Of a stretch of 15,452 nt of DNA, positions 7,527 to 14,800 are shown in pieces (position 1 is the first letter of the stretch; every line of letters begins with the position of its first letter). The notes beneath the pieces are model-generated. The model ran no database searches and had not been told where the DNA came from. It was given only the letters and a program-made list of their open reading frames with translations. The DNA comes from Kofleriaceae bacterium (GTDB lineage Bacteria; Myxococcota_A; Polyangia; Haliangiales; Haliangiaceae), in NCBI GenBank assembly GCA_046597055.1, contig JBKJLC010000258.1, positions 1 to 15,452 of the forward strand. The letters run 5' to 3'. Position numbers and translations under genes: made by a program.

Positions 7527-8066
7527 CTACTTCAGCTTGTGCATCAGGTACGCCTTGAGCCGCAGCTCGGCGTCTTCGGGGTCCTTGAACGTGACCGGGG
7601 TCGCGCGCTTGATCTCCTCGTCGACCTCGGCGAACAGCGCGGTGCGCGCCTCGAGGTCGGTGACCACCATCGCCGGCGACCGGCCGCGCACGGTGGTGTC
7701 GGCCAGCTTCGCGCAGTACGAGCGCAGGTGATCCAGGGCCTCGTCCCCGAGGAACTCACCGATCTGGTCGGCCTGGTTGGCCATGCGCGCGAGCGTGATC
7801 TCGGTGTGCGAGTCGACGCCCTCCTGGTTGTGGCTGGCGGCGAGCTGTGCGCACACCCGCAGCACCATCACGTCGTCGAGCCCGCCGATGCCCTCTTGCG
7901 AATCGGGCACCAGGTCGAGCCGCGTCACCAGGTAGCCGAGCGCCCCGGCCGCGAGCCGCCGCGCCTCGGGCGCAACGGCCTCGGCAGCGACCAGCGCCTC
8001 GAGCGCAGCCACATCCGAAATGATGGACTCCGCCCAGCCCTTGAATCTCATGATGTGCTTGGCCAC
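7527..8066 (-). CDS. YkvA/DUF1232 family protein, ~179 aa
   Basis: AAGALGYLVTRLDLVPDSQEGIGGLDDVMVL matches the Y...DL.PD....G..DD signature. GTG 8066 is preceded by Shine-Dalgarno AAGGAG (8078-8073). Confidence 0.85.
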   Translation of the reverse strand: MAKHIMRFKGWAESIISDVAALEALVAAEAVAPEARRLAAGALGYLVTRLDLVPDSQEGIGGLDDVMVLRVCAQLAASHNQEGVDSHTEITLARMANQADQIGEFLGDEALDHLRSYCAKLADTTVRGRSPAMVVTDLEARTALFAEVDEEIKRATPVTFKDPEDAELRLKAYLMHKLK

Positions 8067-8089
8067 GTCGGTCTCCTTGATCGGCGGCG

Positions 8090-8098
8090 ACCCTAACA
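8090..8098 (-). promoter_or_regulatory. Putative extended -10 (TG-T-TAGGGT) for the YkvA-like gene, divergent from mdh
   Basis: TGn-TAnnnT on the - strand, 11 nt upstream of the AAGGAG ribosome-binding site. Confidence 0.35.
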
Positions 8099-8118
8099 CA
8101 GACGGGAACCGGGCTCCC

Positions 8119-8147
8119 TTGCATCGGCCGAGGCCGGGCGATATCAC
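8119..8147 (+). promoter_or_regulatory. Putative sigma70-type promoter TTGCAT-N17-TATCAC for leaderless mdh
   Basis: -35 at 8119-8124, 17-nt spacer, -10 at 8142-8147, 6 nt to ATG 8154. No Shine-Dalgarno. Confidence 0.55.
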
Positions 8148-8153
8148 CCGCTC

Positions 8154-9113
8154 ATGATCAAGCGTCCCAAGATCGCGATCGTCGGCGCCGGCGGGAACGT
8201 CGGCGCGGCCGTGGCCCAGTGGGCCGTCCAGAAGGAGCTCGGCGAGCTCGTGCTGATCGACATCAAGCCGCAGGCGGCCGAGGGCCGGGCGCTCGATCTC
8301 GCCCAGTGCGGCCCGTGGGCCGGCTTCAACGCCCACCGCTTCACCGCCACCGACAACCCCGAGGCCATGACCGGCGCCGACGTCATCGTCATGACCGCCG
8401 GCGTCCCGCGCAAGCCGGGCCAGAGCCGCGAGGAGCTGATCGGCATCAACGCCGGGATCGTGCGCGGCATCTGCGAGAACGTGAAGAAGTACGCGCCCGA
8501 GGCGATCCTGATCGTCGTCTCGAACCCGCTCGACGCGATGGTGTTCGTCGCCAAGCAGGTCACCGGCTTCCCGCGCGAGCGCGTGATCGGCTCGGCCGGC
8601 ATCCTCGACAGCGCGCGCTTCCGCACCTACCTGGCGATGGCCGCGGGCGTGTCGGTCGAGGACGTCCAGGGCTTCGTGCTCGGCGCCCACACCGACAAGG
8701 ACATGGTCCCGATCGTCTCGAACGCGATGATCGGCAACGTGCCGGTCACCAAGTTCCTGTCGACGGAGAAGATCACCGAGGTGGTCGAGAACACCAAGAA
8801 GGGCGGCGCGACGCTGACCGGCCTGATCGGCACCTCGGCGTGGCTGGCGCCGGGCGCCGGCACCTGCCTGATGGTGGAGGCGATCGTCCGCGATCAGGGC
8901 CGCGTGCTGCCGTGCTCGGTCGAGCTCCAGGGCGAGTTCGGCGTGACCGGTGCGTTCCTCGGCGTGCCGGTGAAGCTCACCGCCAGGGGTGCCGAGCAGG
9001 TGTTCGAGATCGAGCTGTCGGCGAGCGAGAAGGAGGCCTTCCAGAAGGCGATCGCCGCCAACACCGAGCTCATGAACATCGCGCGCGACATCCTGGGCGC
9101 CGCCGCGAAGTGA
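8154..9113 (+). CDS. mdh: Malate dehydrogenase (LDH-like type), 319 aa
   Basis: KIAIVGAGGNVG Rossmann motif, TAGVPRKPGQSR loop with the malate-specifying Arg, VVSNPLD, GILDSARFR, catalytic His in LGAH. Confidence 0.93.
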   Translation: MIKRPKIAIVGAGGNVGAAVAQWAVQKELGELVLIDIKPQAAEGRALDLAQCGPWAGFNAHRFTATDNPEAMTGADVIVMTAGVPRKPGQSREELIGINAGIVRGICENVKKYAPEAILIVVSNPLDAMVFVAKQVTGFPRERVIGSAGILDSARFRTYLAMAAGVSVEDVQGFVLGAHTDKDMVPIVSNAMIGNVPVTKFLSTEKITEVVENTKKGGATLTGLIGTSAWLAPGAGTCLMVEAIVRDQGRVLPCSVELQGEFGVTGAFLGVPVKLTARGAEQVFEIELSASEKEAFQKAIAANTELMNIARDILGAAAK

Positions 9114-9152
9114 AGCGGCGCGCCTGCCGCTGAGAGGCGCTCGGAGCCGCGA

Positions 9153-9181
9153 TTGCGCACCGTGCGTCCCCGTGGTACCCC
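9153..9181 (+). promoter_or_regulatory. Putative sigma70-type promoter TTGCGC-N17-TACCCC (with extended TG) for the RRM gene
   Basis: -35 at 9153-9158, 17-nt spacer ending in TGG, -10 at 9176-9181. This implies a ~150-nt 5' UTR. Confidence 0.4.
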
Positions 9182-9338
9182 GCTGTACGTAACGGTTCCG
9201 GGTCTCGGCTCACGCCTCACTGTCGTCTTGGTGCGGGAGGTCGGTCGCCACGGACGATCATTCGCCTGTGATTTCGTCCGAGCTCGCGGCTCCTGGACGA
9301 GGGTCAAACGAGAGAGCCGCCGAGAAGTGTGAGTCACC

Positions 9339-9647
9339 ATGAGTACCCGTTTGTTCGTCGGCAACCTGCCGTTCCACGCCACCGAGGATCTGCTCGCGCA
9401 GACCTTCGTGTCGTGCGGCGAGGTCAAGGAGGTGGCGGTCGTCCTCGACCGTGTCACCGGACGGTCGCGCGGGTTCGCGTTCGTCGAGATGACGTCGCCC
9501 GAGGCGGCGCAGAAGGCGATCACCGATCTCGATGGCCAGGATCTCGGCGGTCGCCCGCTGCGGGTGAACATGGCCGAAGAGCGGCGTGACTCTGGTAGCG
9601 AGGGAGGAGGTCGCGATGGCTTCGGTTCTCGCGGGCCCCGCCGGTAA
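9339..9647 (+). CDS. RNA recognition motif (RRM) RNA-binding protein with Gly/Arg-rich tail, 102 aa
   Basis: RNP2 LFVGNL, RNP1 RGFAFVEM, GRPLRVNMAE, Gly/Arg tail. Confidence 0.96.
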   Translation: MSTRLFVGNLPFHATEDLLAQTFVSCGEVKEVAVVLDRVTGRSRGFAFVEMTSPEAAQKAITDLDGQDLGGRPLRVNMAEERRDSGSEGGGRDGFGSRGPRR

Positions 9648-9915
9648 GGTCGCCGTGAATCTTCACGGCACCCCGCAGCGGATCTTCGTGTCGGTCGACG
9701 AGACCACGAAGCGATCCAATATCTCGTTCCTGCCTCCCGACGTCGGTACGCCAGTGCAGTTCGACGACGACCTGAAGGGCGAGCAGGCCCTCAAGCTCGC
9801 CAAGGAGATCGCCAAGGCGCACGGCGGTTGCACGGTGGAAGGCCCCCACTTCCACTCGTCCAATCCCGGCAAGCCGCGTCGGCCGCGGCGGCCGCCGGCG
9901 CGCCCGCAGCGCTGA
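9616..9915 (+). CDS. Small hypothetical protein with basic Arg/Pro-rich C-terminus, ~99 aa
   Basis: Strong Shine-Dalgarno GGAGGAGG (9603-9610) 5 nt before ATG 9616. The translation looks protein-like with GC-rich third positions. A terminator-like hairpin follows. No family recognised. Confidence 0.65.
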   Translation: MASVLAGPAGKVAVNLHGTPQRIFVSVDETTKRSNISFLPPDVGTPVQFDDDLKGEQALKLAKEIAKAHGGCTVEGPHFHSSNPGKPRRPRRPPARPQR

Positions 9916-9925
9916 TCCAAGCGAC

Positions 9926-9960
9926 GTTGCGCAGCGCGCGGCCCGGTTGCCTTTGGCAAC
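9926..9960. promoter_or_regulatory. Candidate upstream activator sites for a sigma54 enhancer-binding protein
   Basis: Inverted repeat GTTGCC-TTT-GGCAAC (9946-9960) and a second GTTGC half-site 20 bp upstream (9926-9930), about 115-150 bp before the predicted sigma54 start site. Confidence 0.4.
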
Positions 9961-9984
9961 GCTGGCCAGCCCGGCAGCCACCCA

Positions 9985-10020
9985 GACGCCGGCGGATCCG
10001 TCCGCCGGCGTCCGTGTTTT
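9985..10020 (+). terminator. Putative intrinsic terminator
   Basis: 12-bp perfect stem GACGCCGGCGGA / TCCGCCGGCGTC with loop TCCG, followed by CGTGTTTT, 70 nt after the 9915 stop. Confidence 0.65.
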
Positions 10021-10047
10021 CGGGGACCTCGCGCGCGCCGTCACGCC

Positions 10048-10063
10048 CGGCACGTCGGTTGCT
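10048..10063 (+). promoter_or_regulatory. Putative sigma54 (-24/-12) promoter
   Basis: CGGCACG-TCGG-TTGCT versus consensus TGGCACG-N4-TTGCW (one mismatch). GG at 10049-50 and GC at 10061-62 place +1 near 10074, 2 nt before ATG 10076. Confidence 0.7.
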
Positions 10064-10075
10064 CGTCGGGCGCGC

Positions 10076-11017
10076 ATGGCTCGAGATCCGGACTCCTCCT
10101 CTCCCACCGACCTCCTGACCTCCGCGCTGGCGCGCCTGCGCCGCGGTGGCACCTCGCTCGGCGGCGCCGCGCTCGCCGGTACCGTCCTGCTGCAGCTGCC
10201 GGCCGCGATCGGCTGCGTCGACGGCCCGACCCTCGACGCGATCGAACAGCACGACTGGGCCCAGTACGAGGGCCAGCGCAACACCACGATGGTCAGCTAC
10301 ACCGGCACGTCGTGGTCGGCGTGCCGGTTCCCCAACACCCGCTTCGGTTGCGGCAGCTACGAGCTGTTCATCAAGCTGCGCGTGCGGCCGGTCGCCGGCG
10401 CCGACTTCAACTACAAGCGGGTCGGCGTGGTCTACCGGACCCCCGAGGACGCGAGCGAGCGCACCGCGATCGGCCGCTACGCCACCACGTGGAGCAACGG
10501 CGACGAGGAGTGGCACGTGCCAGTCCTGGTGCTGGCGTCATCGAAGACGGTGATGTTCGACGCCTGGTACCAGGACGGCGCCGGCCACACGTACGTCGAC
10601 GATAACAGCGGCGAGCTGCACGTCGCCAACGACGGACCGTCGGAGCAGGTGATCCGGCTCGAGCCGTGGCGCAGCGCGGTCGTCGTCGACGACCAGGGCG
10701 TGCGCGGCACCCTGTCGGTGCAGGTGGCCGATCTCGACTACGACAAGGAGCTCGTCCTGCTCGCGACCAAGGACAACTGGAGCACGGTCATCGAGCTCGG
10801 CATCGGCGCGGGCCCCAACCGCTGGCGCTGGATCGAGGACTACCAGTGGGGCGGCCGCGAGCGCTGGGAGATCGAGCTCGACCTCCCCGGAGGCGCCGAC
10901 CAGCTCCAGTATGCCGTCGTCTACCGCCATGGCGTCGTGAACGGCGCCCGCTCCTACGAGTTCTGGGACAACAACAACGGCGCCAACTACATCACGTCGC
11001 GCCAGTCGGTCGACTGA
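10076..11017 (+). CDS. Putative exported (lipo)protein with tandem CBM21-like starch/glycogen-binding domains, ~313 aa
   Basis: C-terminal domain GTLSVQVADLDYDKELVLLATKDNWST...YAVVY...EFWDNNNGANY matches CBM21. A diverged first copy reads LRVR...YKRVGVVY...FDAWY...YVDDNSGELH. The N-terminus has RR, a hydrophobic stretch and AIGC (Cys47). Confidence 0.75.
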   Translation: MARDPDSSSPTDLLTSALARLRRGGTSLGGAALAGTVLLQLPAAIGCVDGPTLDAIEQHDWAQYEGQRNTTMVSYTGTSWSACRFPNTRFGCGSYELFIKLRVRPVAGADFNYKRVGVVYRTPEDASERTAIGRYATTWSNGDEEWHVPVLVLASSKTVMFDAWYQDGAGHTYVDDNSGELHVANDGPSEQVIRLEPWRSAVVVDDQGVRGTLSVQVADLDYDKELVLLATKDNWSTVIELGIGAGPNRWRWIEDYQWGGRERWEIELDLPGGADQLQYAVVYRHGVVNGARSYEFWDNNNGANYITSRQSVD

Positions 11018-11033
11018 GCCAGGCCCGGCAACC

Positions 11034-11879
11034 ATGGACACCGTCGCCACCGATCTGCACGGCCACACCCGGTTCTCCGACGGGCGGGCCGAGCCCGAGG
11101 ACTACGTCGGGTTCCGCGCCGAGCTCGGGCTCGAGGTGATCGCGGTGTCCGATCACGACACCTTCGCGGCGGTGCCGCGGGCGGCCGAGGCCGCGCGCCA
11201 GCTCGGGGTCACCCTGGTGCCGGCGATGGAGGTGACCTCGTTCATCCACTTCGGCACCGCGCGCGCCGAGCAGATCCACGTGCTGGCGTACTTCCCGCCC
11301 GAGCGTGCGCTCGACGGCTCGCTCGGCGCCACCCGGCTCGGGACCCGCGCGGTGGCGGTGTGTCAACGCTGGCGCGAGCTGTGCCTCGGCTGGTTGGCCG
11401 CCCTGCCCGAAGATCGGCGCTGGTTCGTCGATCCCGACCGCCAGCTCGCCACCCTGCGCGGCACCGAGTTCCCGGCCCTGCAGGACTTCCTGAACCTGAT
11501 CCTCGCCCGCAACCGGTCGCTCTACCCCGACTTCGTGAAGCACCACCTCAGCTTCTGGGAGGACGACCGCGCGCTGTTCGGGTGGACGCCCGAGGAGGCG
11601 ATCGAGGAGATCCGCGCCGACGGCGGGCTCGACGTGGTCGCCCATCCGGTCCGGGTCCGCGACAAGGCGCGCATGGATCGGGTGCTCGACCTGGCCGCCG
11701 GCATCGAGGTGTACACCTCGCGCCACAAGGACACGGTCGCAGCCGGGTTCCGGGCCCGGGCCGAGGCCCGCGGCCAGCACTGGACCGCGTCGGCCGACGA
11801 CCACGGCCACGCCACCTACCTCCGGCCACCCGACGGCACGCCGCGGCGGACGATCGACCGGATCTTCGCGGGAGCCTGA
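11034..11879 (+). CDS. PHP-domain metal-dependent phosphoesterase (TrpH/YciV-like), 281 aa
   Basis: DLHGHTRFSDG, IAVSDHDT, AMEVT, HVLAY, VAHP, SADDHG metal-ligand motifs. Confidence 0.9.
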   Translation: MDTVATDLHGHTRFSDGRAEPEDYVGFRAELGLEVIAVSDHDTFAAVPRAAEAARQLGVTLVPAMEVTSFIHFGTARAEQIHVLAYFPPERALDGSLGATRLGTRAVAVCQRWRELCLGWLAALPEDRRWFVDPDRQLATLRGTEFPALQDFLNLILARNRSLYPDFVKHHLSFWEDDRALFGWTPEEAIEEIRADGGLDVVAHPVRVRDKARMDRVLDLAAGIEVYTSRHKDTVAAGFRARAEARGQHWTASADDHGHATYLRPPDGTPRRTIDRIFAGA

Positions 11880-11881
11880 GC

Positions 11882-14800
11882 GTGCGCCCCGAGCCGCCGG
11901 TCACCATCACGGTCCGGGCCCGGCCCGATCGGCCGCTGGCCGCACTCGAGCTGCGCGGCGAGCTGCCGCACTGGTCGGCGCCGCACCCGATGACCGCGGC
12001 CGGCGACGGCTTCGAGGTCGCGCTGGCGCTCGGCGCCGGGGTCTATCCGATCAAGGCCCACGCCCCCGACGGGACCTGGTGGCTCGACCCGCGGTGGCGC
12101 ACGGTGCGCGAGGGCGACGACGACAACGGCGTGGTCGTGGTCGGCGGGACGGTCGAGCCGGTGCTGCACGCGCCGGCACCGCCGTGGCTCGACCGGCGCG
12201 ACGACGGTGCCGTGATCGTGCGGGCCTCGCTGCGGCGCGGGCACGGGCGCGGGCTGGCGATCCGCGCCGACGACGGCGGCGGCGTGGTCACCCGGCCCAT
12301 GCGGGTGGTCGATGCCGACGCCGCCCACGTCCACTTCGAGGTAGCGCTGGCGGGCGCCGGACGCCGGCTCGAGTACGCGTTCGCGCTCGACGACGGCCGC
12401 ACCGTCGGTGGCGACGGCGGCGCCTGGCTGCGGGTCGACCTGGCCGCGCTGCCGCCGGCGCCGCCGGCGTGGTGGCCGGGTGCGGTGGTCTACACCGTGT
12501 TCGTCGATCGGTTCCGCCGCGCCGCTGGCTGGGCCGATCCCGACCGCTGCGATCGCGACCACCATGCCGGCGGGGATCTCGACGGCGTGATCGCCGCCCT
12601 GCCCTACCTGATCGACCTCGGCGTCACCGCGCTGCACCTGACGCCGATCGGGCCGGCCCGCTCGCCGCACCGCTACGACGCGGTCGATCCGCGCGCGGTC
12701 GACCCGGCCCTCGGCGGCGACGCCGGCTTCGAGCGCCTGCTGGCGGCGGCCCACCGCGCCGGCCTGCGCGTGCTGGTCGACCTCGCGATCACCCACGTCC
12801 ACCGCGACGCGCCGCAGTTCCAGGACGTGCTCGCGCGCGGCCCGGCGTCGCCCTACTGGTCGTGGTTCCGGGTCCGGCACTGGCCGTGCTTCGATGGGCC
12901 CGAGCCCGGCTACGACCACTATCACAAGGGGCAGTGGCGCGAGCCGCTGCTCGCGCTCGACGAGCCCGAGGTCGCCGACTGGGTGGTCGAGACCTTCGCG
13001 GCGTGGGCCCGCCGCGGCGTCGATGGCGTGCGGGTCGACGCGGCCGCCGACGTGCCGGTCGCCCTGATCGCGCGGATCCGGACCGCGGTGCGCGCCATCC
13101 AGCCGGACGCGGTGGTGTTCGGCGAGGTGGTGCCGGCCTGCCTCGACCGGTTCGCGCCGGCGGCGCTCGATGCCGGCACCGACTTCGCCGCGCAGGGCGC
13201 GCTGGTCGACTGGCTGGCCGGCCGCAGCGCGGCGGCTGGGCTCGCCGCGGTGTGGGCGCGGCAGCGGCGGCGCGGCGTGGCGGGCCCGCGCGGGCTCGGC
13301 TTCACCGGCACCCACGATCAGCCGCGGATCGCGACCGTGACCGACCCGGCCCGGGCGCGCCTGGGCCTGCTCGCGATCGCGCTGGGCGCCCGGGTGCCCT
13401 TGCTCTACTACGGCGACGAGATCGGCCTCGCCGCCGCCGCCGCCGCTGCCGACCGCGGCTTCGAGGACTCGTGGCCGGACCGTCAGCCGATGCGCTGGGA
13501 CGCGTCCGGCTGGGACGGCGCGACCCACGCGCTGGTGCGGGCCGCGCTCGGGCTGCGTCGCGACCGCGAGGTCCTGCGCGGCGGCGACGAGGTGGTGTGG
13601 GCCGACGGCGAGGTGGTCGTGCTGCGCCGGACCCACGGCGACCAGACCGTCGACGTGCTCCTCCACCGCGGCGCCGAGGCGGTGACGATCGCGCTGCCGC
13701 CCGGCGACGCCGCCGCTGTGCTGCTCGCCACCGGCGGCGCCCACCTGTCCGGTGGACCGGACAATCCGCAGGCGATCCTGCCGCCGGCCAGCGGGCTGGT
13801 GCTCGATCGCGCCGCGCCGCCGCTGCCGCAGGCGCAGGTGCTGGTCGCCCGCAACACCGAGCTCGCGGCCGAGGCGTTCGTCGCCGGCATGGTCACGATC
13901 CCGACCTACCCGACCCGCCTGTACCTGACCGTGACCGAGGCGTGCAACCTGCGCTGCCGGCACTGCATCACCGACGCGCCGGCACGGACCCAGGGCGGGC
14001 GCGCCCGCACCCTGGCGCCCTGGCTGCTCGACGGTCTCGACGAGGCGTTCGCCCACGCCGACTACGTCGGCTTCACCCACGGCGGCGAGGCGCTGGCCTC
14101 GCCGCGGCTGCCCGAGGTGCTGCGCCGGCTCGGGGCCGCCCGCGCCCGCCGGCCAGGCCGGCTCGACGTCCACCTCGCCAGCAACGGCATGCTGCTCGAC
14201 GGCGAGCGGGTGCGTGAGCTGGTCGGGCTCGGCGTCACCAGCCTGATGGTGTCGCTCGACGGCGCGACCGCGGCGACCAACGACCGCATCCGCGTGCTCG
14301 GCAAGCTCGATCGGGTGGTGGCCAACCTGGCGGCGGCGGTCGCCTGGCGGACCCGCACCGGCGCCGACCTGCGGATCGGCGTCTCGACCGTGGTCGGCCG
14401 GATCAACCTGGCGGAGCTGCCCGCGCTCGGTCGGCTGTGCGCCGGGCTGGGGCTCGACTGGCTCAAGGTCGAGGAGACCTACCCGGTCAACGGCTTCGCC
14501 CGGACCGACGCGCTGGCGCCGACCGATCCGGCGCTGGCCGACGCGCTCGCCGGGTTGCGCACCGCGGTCACCGACAGCCCGCTGGTGCTGGTCGATCACC
14601 TGGCGGCGCCCGCGGGCTGCACGTGCACCGCCGCCGACGACCCCGCGGTCACCCGCTTTCGCGCGGCCGACGACTACGCCAATCGCGCCACGTTTCGCCC
14701 GTGCCGCGCGGCGTGGGAGCAGGCCGCGATCGACCCCGACGGCATCGTGCACCTGATCGACCATGCCGGCCCGGTGCTCGGCAACTTGCTCGACGCGCCG

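Noticed and set aside
9616..9915. RiPP precursor peptide for the radical SAM/SPASM domain
   Set aside because: It is separated from the radical SAM operon by a terminator and a new promoter, looks globular, and no RRE/PqqD domain, peptidase or transporter is visible.
11360..11881. N-terminal extensions in the ORF track (also starts at 31, 1113, 1745, 2596, 5981, 7447, 8690, 9947)
   Set aside because: They mostly overlap neighbouring real genes or regulatory DNA and are low-complexity Arg/Pro/Gly/Ala translations. Better starts with a Shine-Dalgarno, coupling overlap or promoter lie downstream.
13429..13450. (GCC)n trinucleotide run inside the GH13 domain
   Set aside because: It encodes a short poly-Ala loop, preserves frame and is common in high-GC genes, so it is not evidence of phase variation.
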